Source: Planctomycetota bacterium (lineage in GTDB: Bacteria; Planctomycetota; B15-G4). From it: a stretch of DNA of 64,000 nt. Positions 18,082-27,269 of this stretch are shown piece by piece. The notes under the pieces are model-generated. The model made no database searches. It saw only the letters and a list, made by a program, of their open reading frames with translations, and was not told the origin of the DNA. Position 1 is the first letter of the stretch; every line of letters starts with the position of its first letter. A program made the position numbers and the translations under genes. Where the stretch lies: assembly GCA_965248575.1 (NCBI GenBank), contig CBDFJQ010000002.1, positions 2,720,001 to 2,784,000 on the forward strand, written 5' to 3'.

Positions 18082-20433
18082 TTAGCGGCCCGGCTCGTCC
18101 TGCTCGACCTGCAGCATGAGCGTCTGCTCTGAGTCCGCCCAGGCGAACTCCAGCAGCTCGTAGCCGTTCGCGCGGATCATGAAGCGCTCGTACTGGGTGG
18201 GCAGCAAGAGGCTCACCTGGCCGTCGCGATTGGTCCGGAAGGAGCCCCCGCCGTCGGTCTCGGTGCCCACCCAGCCGGTGGTCTCGGTGAAGGGTTTGCC
18301 ATTCGGTTTGAGCAGGCGCAGGTGCGCGACGTCCAGGGCACCGCGCAGGTCGATGTCGTCCAGTGTCGTGGTCTCCCCGGAGAACACCTCCACGCCCTCC
18401 CGCTCGACCATCAGGAAGTCGTTCGTCTGGGTCTCGATCCTGAGGGTGTAGACACCAGGGCGCACATTCTTGAGATGCAGGAGCCCGCCAGGCCACACAT
18501 AGTTCTCGTGGTTCGCACCCTTGCGTCTCAGGAACACCTCCAGGTTCAGTGGTGGCACGTGCTCGTCCAGCAGGACCCGACCGGTGACGATCCCCCTCTC
18601 CGGCTCCTCCACCGGGTCGGGGATCTGGATCAGCACATCGGTGGCACCAGGCAGGACGGTGACCTCCGGCGAAATGCCCGCCGACACCATCAGCTCGAGC
18701 ACACGATTCATGCCGCGCACCTCGAACACTCCCTGTGCATCCGTCGAAATACGCGACGAACCGGCGACGTTCAGGTTGGACCACTGCTCCTTGCCTGATG
18801 AACCATAGGTGTAGCGAATGCGGAGGTAGACCTGACCGCTTCGGCCCCCCTGGGCGTTGACCACCCGCCCCGACACGAGCAGGGGCGGCAGGCCCAGTTG
18901 AATCACTCCGAGGTCCAGATCGCCTTCCGACGGCAGGGGCTCGGGGAGGATGGCCGAGAGCTCCACCTCCGCCGTGCGTGGCCAGGTGCCCTTTGCGAAA
19001 CCGCGCTTGGGTCGCTGCTCCACCACGTCCATGACCCGGCCTCCCTCCAGGAAGGATTCGCCGCCATAGGGCGCGCGGAAGACCCCCTGCTCATCGCAGG
19101 TGACATAGAGCGTATAGCCCCCGGAACGATGCGAGCCTTGCTGCTCCGCCAGGCGCTGCTTGCCGAGGATGCTGATACCCAACTTCACACCGGCGGCGGG
19201 TTCACCCAGTTCATCCACCACGCGCCCGGTGAACACGGGCAAGGGATTCCCGAGTGTCGTCTCCAAGCTGAGCAGCTGCCCCGCGTCCATGGGGCCGTTA
19301 GCATGCAGGCTGGCACCCTGCCACCCCGACTGGCTGACGCTGAGCCGCAGGGCGAGCCCCAAGCCCACATGCGGAAAGCGCGCCACGCCTTCCTCCACCG
19401 CCGCGATGTGATGATGAGATCGTTCCCAGCGCATGTCGTCATCCGCGTCCACGGGCCGGGTGAACAAGGCCACGCTGGGCCCCGACTCCAGGGGCACGCC
19501 CGAGGGATCCAACACAACAACCTCGACGCTGCACGAGGGCGGCAGCTGAAGACGCACCACCTCGCTGGACGGAACGGGGTCGAGCCTCGCCACCGGTGCC
19601 GAATCGAAGGGCCCGTCCAAAGTCACACGTTCGTCCACGAGCATGTCCAGCAAGGCGATGGACTGGCGATGCTCGATAAGCCTCGCCCGAGACAGGACAG
19701 CCATCCCCGACGGATCCGTGGTCACCCGTTCGATGGTGCGGGGGTCGGAAGGGTTGAAGCGTTGGACGGTCTGCAATTCCACATCGACACCCGACACCGG
19801 TTCCTGCGCTGCGTTCACCACGAGCACGCGCACCGGCTCCAACCAAGCGAGGGCTGAGCGAGGGACCGTCAGCGCCCGGAGCTGCCCAATCTCCACGCTC
19901 CGCCCGAGATCTACCACCACCGGGGGCACCAACGGCAGGGCGACTGCCAGCGCAAAGCTCACATCGGGTTGGGAGAGTTGACCGTTCTCGATGCCCTTCA
20001 TCTGGAGCTCCAACACGGCCTGGCCGTTCTCGTCGGAGTTCGCCGTGACCAGGTCGAAACCCTTGAACGACCCGGCATGTGTCGCGCGCAGGGCGATGGG
20101 CACATCGGCGAGGGGCTCGTCCTCCTCGTCCACCACGAAGACCCGCAGGCGGGCACCGCTCGCAACAGGAGTCGCTAGCTCGGGGGCGACCGCCGCAACA
20201 TCCTCGACCAGGGTCAGCGGCGCGGGCTCTTCCGTTGACGGCGCCTGGGGGAGTTCATCCTCCGCGAGCGGCTCCGTGTCAGGTGCCGAGGCGGTGGGGG
20301 CGAGGGCCCCACCCGAGGCGCCCGGCCCCTCGTCCTCTTGCGACACGAACGCCAGGACGAGCAGGATCGCGCCGACGGCCGCCAGCAGCACCAGGCTGCC
20401 CAATCGGCGTCGTGGGTGGGTGTCGGCCCGCAT
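18082..20433 (-). CDS. Membrane-anchored protein with repeated carboxypeptidase-regulatory-like (Cna-B type) domains
   Basis: N-terminal TM helix; repeated GRVVD..G.P..GV / TD..G.F modules. Confidence 0.75.
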   Translation of the reverse strand: MRADTHPRRRLGSLVLLAAVGAILLVLAFVSQEDEGPGASGGALAPTASAPDTEPLAEDELPQAPSTEEPAPLTLVEDVAAVAPELATPVASGARLRVFVVDEEDEPLADVPIALRATHAGSFKGFDLVTANSDENGQAVLELQMKGIENGQLSQPDVSFALAVALPLVPPVVVDLGRSVEIGQLRALTVPRSALAWLEPVRVLVVNAAQEPVSGVDVELQTVQRFNPSDPRTIERVTTDPSGMAVLSRARLIEHRQSIALLDMLVDERVTLDGPFDSAPVARLDPVPSSEVVRLQLPPSCSVEVVVLDPSGVPLESGPSVALFTRPVDADDDMRWERSHHHIAAVEEGVARFPHVGLGLALRLSVSQSGWQGASLHANGPMDAGQLLSLETTLGNPLPVFTGRVVDELGEPAAGVKLGISILGKQRLAEQQGSHRSGGYTLYVTCDEQGVFRAPYGGESFLEGGRVMDVVEQRPKRGFAKGTWPRTAEVELSAILPEPLPSEGDLDLGVIQLGLPPLLVSGRVVNAQGGRSGQVYLRIRYTYGSSGKEQWSNLNVAGSSRISTDAQGVFEVRGMNRVLELMVSAGISPEVTVLPGATDVLIQIPDPVEEPERGIVTGRVLLDEHVPPLNLEVFLRRKGANHENYVWPGGLLHLKNVRPGVYTLRIETQTNDFLMVEREGVEVFSGETTTLDDIDLRGALDVAHLRLLKPNGKPFTETTGWVGTETDGGGSFRTNRDGQVSLLLPTQYERFMIRANGYELLEFAWADSEQTLMLQVEQDEPGR

Positions 20434-20568
20434 GCGCCTATCTTCGCCCAATCGAAGGCCGGCTGCCTAGGGGACATCGCCCTCGTGCCCCACGGCTCAC
20501 CCCACGGCTGGGGCCAACATGCGATGCTGCCCCCGCCCCCCCCGGCCTCGTCCCCGTGCGACCTGCCC

Positions 20569-22968
20569 ATGGCTGAGCGATCGACGCACGACTCCGAACG
20601 TACCGGGCGCCCCGCGAGTGAGCAGGCCGTCCAGTTGATGCGCGCCATGCTGCGGCACAACAGTGAACAGTTGGAGCAGCTGGCAGCGGCGGAGGAGCAG
20701 GCGCTGCACAGGGCCGAGGTCGCCGAGCAGCGCGCCCAGCAGTCCAGCGAAACCGTGCAACGCCTGCGCACCGAAGCGCAGCTCCAAGCCCAACGGCTGA
20801 CCGAGGCCCAGCGCCAAGCCACGGTGGCAGCCAGGCAACAGGCGTCCATGGCGGCCGGTGTGGATAGCGCCACCCGTGCTCGCGACAGCTTGCTGGACCA
20901 GGTCCGCAGTTTGGACGCCGAGCTGCACGCCCTGCGGGCCACGCTGCAAGACACACGCCTGCAGTTGGAAGAAGCCCTGCCCGACCCCGCCCCTGAGCAG
21001 GCCGGGCTTGCGCCGCTCGAGCGCAGCGCCCAGGAGCACGAAGAGCAGCTGCGCACCCGAGCGATCCGAGCCGAGGAGGCCCGGGATCGGGCGCAGCAGG
21101 GCAGCGCGAGTTTTCGACGCATGGTCGAGGAGGCCCAAGGGCGCGCGCTCCAGGCCCAGCAGGCAGCGGAGGACTCCACGCGCCGCACGCAAGAACTCGA
21201 GCGTCTCGCCGCGCAGTCGGAACAGCGGGCGGAGGACGCCGAGCAGCTCGTGGCCGAGCTGGAGCTGGCGGCAAGGCCCGCTCCCACGGACTCCCTGCAT
21301 TCGCTCCAGGAGCAGCTGGCAGCCGCGCGCTTGGAACTCAGCAAGCTGCGACAGGCGCACCACGACCAGCGGCGCATGGCGAGCGAACAACGAGCGGAAG
21401 CCCAAGCTGCAGAGACCGTCCGGACCCAGTTGCTGGCCCTGTCCGACAGCCAACGCCTGCGCGAGCTCACGGCACGGGCCAACGCCCTCTGGCCCGCGCA
21501 CCCGACCCACACCGGCGCCTACGAGCAGTGGCTGACGGAGGCCGAAGCCGTGGCCCTCACCCAGGAGGAGCACCGCTTGACGCGCCGGGCCCTGGCGCGA
21601 CTCGACGACTTGCTGACGGACGAGGAACGGGAGCACGGCTGGGTCATGGGAGCAGGAGGCTGGGCCGCCCTGCGCCGTGTTGAGGACGAGCAGGGCGAGC
21701 CCGTCGAGCCCCCCCGGCGGGAGGAGGTGCTGGCCGCTGACCCGGCTTCGGGACCCGTACCGGAACCAAATCTCGCCGGCGGCCTGGGGCGCCAAGCGTG
21801 GCAAGCCGTCGACCTCGCCTGGTGGTGCCACAGCTTGGACGAGCTGCTGGCCGACATCGACCGCCTGCTCGAACCGGAGAGTGGGCTGCTGCAGGACGTG
21901 CAACGCAGGCTCGAAGTTGCCCGCCACCTCGAACAGCGCTCCCTCACCGGCCCCGGGGTGGCGCGGGCCTGGCACGAGGCCATGGACGACGTGGCAGACC
22001 CCCAACGCTGCCCCGCCTATGGCGGCCTCTCGCTGCAACCCATGCTGGGCTTGCGGCCCGTGGGCAAGGACCCGCAGAGCGGCCTGTGGGAGTTCGCCAT
22101 GCCGCACACCGGTACGGTCCCGCAACGTCGGGCCGACGGATCCCTGGGCCTCGCTCTGGACCACGCCTTGGTCTTCGTCCTGATCCCCGGCGGGCGCGCG
22201 CGCCTGGGTGCTCAGGCACAGGATCCGGCTGTGCCCCACTACGACTCCCAGGCGCGCTCCAACGAGGGACCCGTGCACGAAGCAAGCATGGCGCCTTTCT
22301 TTCTGGCGAAGCACTGCATGACCCAAGCCCAGTGGCAGCTCGTGATGGGCAACAACCCGAGCCGCTACGGGCCGGGCACCACGGTCGGTGGCGTGCAGCA
22401 CTCCCTCCAGCACCCCGTGGAAAACGTCAGCTGGGACGAATGCCAGGAGGCCATGTGGCGCCTCGGCCTGGCACTGCCCGAGGAGCGCCAGTGGGAGTAC
22501 GCCGCCCGCGCAGGGACCAGCACGCCGTGGTGGACCGGCCCACGACGGGACACTCTCGCGGGCGCCGTGAACCTGGCCGACCGAGCGGCACGTCGAGGCG
22601 GCGCGCGCTGGGCCTCCATCGCCGACTGGCCTGAGCTGGATGACGGCTACACCACCCACGCTCCCGTGGACCATGGCAGCGCCAACCCCTTTGGACTTCA
22701 CGCTGTGCACGGCAACGTCTGGGAATGGTGCCGAGGCCCGCTCACTCCCTACAAGCTGGGCGCGCAGCCAGAAAACTCGACGCCCGACGGCGATGCCGAG
22801 ACCGACACGGGAGCGGTTGCGGGGCGCGTCTATCGCGGCGGGGGGTTCCGCAACACGAGCGGCCAGTCCCGCGTATCGAGTCGTTTGTCCGAAGAGCGAG
22901 GCAAGAGAGCCTCGGATCTGGGACTGCGGCCTGTGTTCCCCTTTCCAAAGCAAGACGACTCGGCTTGA
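20569..22968 (+). CDS. Coiled-coil protein with C-terminal FGE-sulfatase (SUMF1/CLec-fold) domain
   Basis: Long Q/E/A/R heptad region, then HPVENVSW, LPEERQWEYAARAG, NPFGLHAVHGNVWEWC, RVYRGGGF and DLGLRP. Confidence 0.85.
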   Translation: MAERSTHDSERTGRPASEQAVQLMRAMLRHNSEQLEQLAAAEEQALHRAEVAEQRAQQSSETVQRLRTEAQLQAQRLTEAQRQATVAARQQASMAAGVDSATRARDSLLDQVRSLDAELHALRATLQDTRLQLEEALPDPAPEQAGLAPLERSAQEHEEQLRTRAIRAEEARDRAQQGSASFRRMVEEAQGRALQAQQAAEDSTRRTQELERLAAQSEQRAEDAEQLVAELELAARPAPTDSLHSLQEQLAAARLELSKLRQAHHDQRRMASEQRAEAQAAETVRTQLLALSDSQRLRELTARANALWPAHPTHTGAYEQWLTEAEAVALTQEEHRLTRRALARLDDLLTDEEREHGWVMGAGGWAALRRVEDEQGEPVEPPRREEVLAADPASGPVPEPNLAGGLGRQAWQAVDLAWWCHSLDELLADIDRLLEPESGLLQDVQRRLEVARHLEQRSLTGPGVARAWHEAMDDVADPQRCPAYGGLSLQPMLGLRPVGKDPQSGLWEFAMPHTGTVPQRRADGSLGLALDHALVFVLIPGGRARLGAQAQDPAVPHYDSQARSNEGPVHEASMAPFFLAKHCMTQAQWQLVMGNNPSRYGPGTTVGGVQHSLQHPVENVSWDECQEAMWRLGLALPEERQWEYAARAGTSTPWWTGPRRDTLAGAVNLADRAARRGGARWASIADWPELDDGYTTHAPVDHGSANPFGLHAVHGNVWEWCRGPLTPYKLGAQPENSTPDGDAETDTGAVAGRVYRGGGFRNTSGQSRVSSRLSEERGKRASDLGLRPVFPFPKQDDSA

Positions 22969-23196
22969 CTTAGCGTGCGTGAATCGGCGAAATGATTCGT
23001 GTCCCCGTTTCACATCGACCTGAATCGTTTCATATGAGTCAGGTGTCGTTGGTGCGCGGGAGATGAATGGACGCCACCAAACCAAACCCAGGTTTCCCGC
23101 CCCTCAAGGTGCTTCATCCGGAAAGCGCCTGGGAAACCCGGGTGAGGGTGCGTCCCGAACACCAAGCCCCCTCTCTCAGACTTTGGATTATCAACA

Positions 23197-23625
23197 ATGG
23201 CCCTCAGTTCCCTCACCACTGCCGAACTCCAGAAAGAACTCGACCGACGCCAAAAGGGCGCTCAAAAGTTGATGGCGCGCCGGGAGAAGTTGCTGACCGA
23301 ACTCTCGGACATCGACCAGGAGCTTTCCTTCCTGGGCATCGCCGGTCAGGCCAGCGCTGGAGACAGCGCGGCCAAGCGCCGCGGCCCGGTGCCCGGCGCC
23401 ACCACGGGTCGCCGTCGCGCCAAGAACGCCATGAGCCTGCCCGACGCCATCTGCTCGGCCATGGAAGTGCGGGCGGTCGTGTCGCCCAAGGAAGCCGGCG
23501 AGCTGGTGCGCGCCAACGGTTTTCAGACCACGAGCCAGAACTTCAACATGATGGTGAGCAATGCACTGGCCAAGGACCCTCGCTTCAACCGGGTGGGTCG
23601 CGGTCAGTACGAGCGCATCGGCTGA
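23197..23625 (+). CDS. Small DNA-binding protein: coiled coil, basic linker and winged helix (Rok/H-NS-like architecture)
   Basis: 142 aa; N-terminal heptads, KRRGP..GRRRAKN linker, C-terminal SLPDAI...VSNAL...RFNRVGRGQY. Confidence 0.7.
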   Translation: MALSSLTTAELQKELDRRQKGAQKLMARREKLLTELSDIDQELSFLGIAGQASAGDSAAKRRGPVPGATTGRRRAKNAMSLPDAICSAMEVRAVVSPKEAGELVRANGFQTTSQNFNMMVSNALAKDPRFNRVGRGQYERIG

Positions 23626-24115
23626 GTTCATCCACACGATCGCGCAGCGGCTTGTAGAGCTGCGCGAGCCGCTCGTAGAAACCCGTGCAGTGCACGGACT
23701 CTCCGAAGCGGACGAAGTCGTAGTGGTGGACCCACTCGTGCAGCAGCGTGTCCAACAAGGTCTTCAGGGCCACCGGGCGCGCCTGCGCCGCCGTACGCGT
23801 GAAGACCTCCAACGGCCCATCGGGGTCGCATTGCCCGTGGACCTCGTAAACCACGCGACCCCGATGGCGCCGATGCGGACGCGGCCGATCCCGCATGAAC
23901 ACCCGCTTGGACGGCAGGTCGAAACCCTCGTCCAATTGATCCACCAGATGCTGGCAGGCCAGGTGCATCACCCGCACGGCGCCCTGCGCGGCATAGTTCG
24001 CGTGAGCGCCTGAGAGAGCGTCCAGCGCCTGGATCAAGCCGGGCATCAACTGCCCCAGATGCGCGTCTTCGAAGCGCTCGCGGTCGAGTTTACGGAAGAG
24101 ACGGTCAGAGACCAT
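23585..24115 (-). CDS. SprT-like zinc metallopeptidase domain protein
   Basis: TLLHEWVHHYD followed by HCTGF (HExxH plus downstream His); 3' end overlaps the convergent gene. Confidence 0.7.
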   Translation of the reverse strand: MVSDRLFRKLDRERFEDAHLGQLMPGLIQALDALSGAHANYAAQGAVRVMHLACQHLVDQLDEGFDLPSKRVFMRDRPRPHRRHRGRVVYEVHGQCDPDGPLEVFTRTAAQARPVALKTLLDTLLHEWVHHYDFVRFGESVHCTGFYERLAQLYKPLRDRVDELSRCARTDRDPPG

Positions 24116-24320
24116 CCGCCCATCCCACCGAACAATTAGGCCCGGAGCAACTGAAAGCGGAAGGTGCTCCCTTGCCCAAGCTGGCTACTGATGGACACCC
24201 CCCCACTGTGTTGGCGCGCGATGTTGCGCACGATCGCAAAAAGGAGGCCGAGCACGATGTCGGGCTCGTCTTTGATGATCAGGATGCCGCGTCTAGCCAT
24301 GGAGCGCATTCCGCGTGCCC

Positions 24321-26063
24321 TCAGCCCTGATCTGGAAATGCCCTCAGTTCATAGACGCTGAAGTCGTCGTTCCTGAGCACTTCCACCAGCTCGTCCGGAG
24401 AGTGCGCCACGAAGCTCTCCAGGAAACCCTGATCCGTGTGGCTGAGCATGTTGAAGATGTTGGAAGGCTCGACGGGCGAGTGCTTCAGGATCAGTGCAAC
24501 TGGTTTCACGGCCCGGAAGTGGTCCCAGACCTGCTCCTGCGACAGCTCCCCGTACTTGAAGACCTCGGGGTAGCAGAGTGACGGCCGGCCGGTGACCTGG
24601 GTCAGAGCCCGTGATTTCTTGAAGACCACCACGTCGTAGGGCTCGGTGTTCTCGCGGACCCACTGAAACACCTGTTCGGTCTCCGGGTCCGAAAGGCCGT
24701 CTGCCAAGGGGCCGCGGTCCAGGTTTGCAAAGGCTGTCGCAGCGTTCGCTGCCAGCATCAACACGACCGCCCCCAGCACCAGCCGACGTCGGCGGATTGC
24801 CTCCCCTGCGATGAGCTGCGCGCCCGTGAAGGCGTACAGGAAGAACACCGGCAACAGAGGCAGCAGGTAGCGCATCCAGGCCGAGTCCGTGGGCAGGACG
24901 AGGATCATGCCCATGTAGGCCATGGCATAGGTTTCGATGATGCCAGGGCGACAGAGCCGCAGCACGAAACCGATCACCGCCAGCAACACCATGATCGCGC
25001 CGACCCCACGCTGCACGGCACCGCTGAAACCATTGGCCCAGAGGCGCTCGAAGTTCCACACCAGCTGCTCGGCGTTGAAGGTCATGGTCGAGAACGACCA
25101 CTCCGTTGCCATCTTGTTCACGTAGCCGCCTTCGACCGAATCGAAGCCCATTCGCAAGAGCAGAACGCAAAGGGCAGCCACTCCGAGCATGACCACAGAC
25201 GAAGAGCGCAGCCGGCGGTAGCGCAAGACATCGATGGCGACCAGCGCCGCAGGCAAGACGATGGCTGCCGTACGCGTCGAGTAGGCAGCTGCCATGACGA
25301 GGCCCGCGAGGACCGCAGCCCCCCACGTCTTGCGGGGCTCGCTCGTGCCGTCAGCCCGCTCGCCCTCTTCTTCGCGCTGCCCGATGGACTGGACCTGCGC
25401 CAGCCAGAGGTAGGTCAGCCCCAGGAACATCATCTCCGAGCGCACGAGCTCCCGGAACGCGAACACGTAGGGCGAGAGCGCAAAGGCGGCGACAGCGAGG
25501 AAGAGCACCGGCGGCCTCGCGCTGAAGCGGAACGCCCTGTAGATCATGAACACCGCGAGGGCTGTGAAGAACGCGAGCACTCGCTTGATGGCCAGGATGT
25601 CGACACCGTAGGGCAGGCGCTGAACGACCGTCGGCTCTGTTCCCGGGGGCGCTGACTGCTCCGTCGCCGGAGTGGTCTCCAGATCCGTTTCCAGATGCGT
25701 CTCGAGATCCGTCTCAAGGCCCGCGGCAGAGCGCGCCAGGACCGGCGTACCCTGGGACCGTTCCAGGTGGTCTCCCCGAGTGAAGAAGTCCACCACCCCC
25801 ACCACCAAGGAGAACGCTGGTGGGAAAGCAGTGCGCTGGTTGGATGCCGGCAGGTTCGAGTCGTGCACGGAGTCGATGTCGGAGTAGGGCAAGCCCTGCA
25901 CCAGATTCCGCCCATGGGCCAGATAGGCCGTGAAATCGTCCATCCCCCACCAGGTGTGACCCGGCCGCAGGGTGAACGCATGCAACCCGAGCACCAAGGT
26001 GCACAGGATCAGAATGAACGCCGTTCCGTGACGGGTTGCGCGATGATTGGTCTGCTCGGCCAT
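24321..26063 (-). CDS. Multi-pass membrane glycosyltransferase (GT-C, ArnT/PMT-like)
   Basis: First-loop DD..Y motif, FPPAFS, RSEM, TRTAA and RYLLPLLP, with about 10 hydrophobic helices. Confidence 0.7.
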   Translation of the reverse strand: MAEQTNHRATRHGTAFILILCTLVLGLHAFTLRPGHTWWGMDDFTAYLAHGRNLVQGLPYSDIDSVHDSNLPASNQRTAFPPAFSLVVGVVDFFTRGDHLERSQGTPVLARSAAGLETDLETHLETDLETTPATEQSAPPGTEPTVVQRLPYGVDILAIKRVLAFFTALAVFMIYRAFRFSARPPVLFLAVAAFALSPYVFAFRELVRSEMMFLGLTYLWLAQVQSIGQREEEGERADGTSEPRKTWGAAVLAGLVMAAAYSTRTAAIVLPAALVAIDVLRYRRLRSSSVVMLGVAALCVLLLRMGFDSVEGGYVNKMATEWSFSTMTFNAEQLVWNFERLWANGFSGAVQRGVGAIMVLLAVIGFVLRLCRPGIIETYAMAYMGMILVLPTDSAWMRYLLPLLPVFFLYAFTGAQLIAGEAIRRRRLVLGAVVLMLAANAATAFANLDRGPLADGLSDPETEQVFQWVRENTEPYDVVVFKKSRALTQVTGRPSLCYPEVFKYGELSQEQVWDHFRAVKPVALILKHSPVEPSNIFNMLSHTDQGFLESFVAHSPDELVEVLRNDDFSVYELRAFPDQG

Positions 26064-26096
26064 CGTCCCCTTTTTCGGCCCGAATCGCCCTAGGCT

Positions 26097-27086
26097 TCAA
26101 CCATTCGCCCGTAGGGCGGCGATCCTCTCGTCGGCCATTTCCCGGGCCACTGCGTCGGAGGTCCGATTCTCGTCGGCTGCCCGGCGACAAACCAGCTCTG
26201 CGACGTCCCCAATGGCCGCCAGACGCTCTTCGATGAGCTGCGGCTCCCCCAGGGCGGTGGAGGCACCCACCACCGTGGCCCCTGCATTGGAGATGACATC
26301 GGGAACAGATGCGATGCCTCGGTCGTGGAGACGCCGCATGTCCCCGTCGCTGCCGAAGGGATTGTTTGCCCCACCGCACACCAGGCCGCAGCGCAGTCGC
26401 GGAATGGTCTGCTCGTTCAGCACGCCGCCTCGAGCGCAGGGTGCGAAGACATCGCACTCCACGTCGAAGATTTCCTCAAGCCCGACGCGCTCGAAGTCAT
26501 CGAAGGGGCGCGGGTCGCAAGCGATGACGTGCACGCCGGAGTCCTGAAGCATCTCGGCCAGCGGTCGGCCCACGGCGCCCAAGCCCTGCACGGCCACGCG
26601 CTGGAGGCGAGGCGACACGCGCCGCATGGAGGTGAGCACGCCTTGGGCCGTCGACGCCGACATGCCCGAACACGCGACGTATTGGGTGGCCGTGCGCAGG
26701 GCCTCGTCGTCGGCGCGGGTGAAGCCGTAGTCCGGCCCACAGCAGTAGCGCCCTCCCAGGCTCTCGATGAAGCGCCCGAGCGCCTGCACGCAAGCGGCGC
26801 GGTCCACATCCGGCTGCTGTTCCCGTGCAGGTTCCATGATGACGGACTTCCCACCCCCGCCCCGGATCCCCGCCAAGACCACCTTGCGGCTCATGGCTTG
26901 AGACAGGGCGCAGGCATCTTCCAGGGCCGCCTGCTCGTCGGGGTACTCCGCGATGCGAATGCCACCAAAGGCGCGCCCAGCCAGCACGGCATGCAGGGCC
27001 ACGAAGGCCACCATGCCCCCGAGCTCGAGCCGGTACACCTGCTCGAAGCCGTCCACGGCCAGCTGCTCGATCCCATCCATGTCCAT
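26097..27086 (-). CDS. Glu/Leu/Phe/Val dehydrogenase family protein (leucine dehydrogenase-like)
   Basis: GGIR, GGGKSVI, GPDYG, VAVQGLGAVG, CDVFAPCA, GGANN and PD...NAG; GGAGG RBS before ATG 27086. Confidence 0.88.
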   Translation of the reverse strand: MDMDGIEQLAVDGFEQVYRLELGGMVAFVALHAVLAGRAFGGIRIAEYPDEQAALEDACALSQAMSRKVVLAGIRGGGGKSVIMEPAREQQPDVDRAACVQALGRFIESLGGRYCCGPDYGFTRADDEALRTATQYVACSGMSASTAQGVLTSMRRVSPRLQRVAVQGLGAVGRPLAEMLQDSGVHVIACDPRPFDDFERVGLEEIFDVECDVFAPCARGGVLNEQTIPRLRCGLVCGGANNPFGSDGDMRRLHDRGIASVPDVISNAGATVVGASTALGEPQLIEERLAAIGDVAELVCRRAADENRTSDAVAREMADERIAALRANG

Positions 27087-27269
27087 CAGGCCCACCTCCG
27101 TCAGTGGGGCTCCACGATGCAAGCTGGACCGGAGCGTCGCAAGGCTCCCGCTGGACCCCAGCCCAGCCTCGCGTGGACCTGGGGCCCTACACGGAGATAC
27201 GGTGTGCCCATGCGCCTCGCTTCCACCGTCCGATCTCGTTGATTGCCCTCCTTTGAAGGCCCGCCTTTG

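Noticed and set aside
20569..22968. Sulfatase-maturing FGE for the sulfatase at 61313, or a DGR target
   Set aside because: No catalytic Cys motif seen, 40 kb from the sulfatase, and no template repeat or RT nearby.
25675..25716. 12-bp in-frame repeats (LETD/LETH; also GRIT x2 near 8977)
   Set aside because: Short slippage duplications in flexible protein regions, with no further signal.
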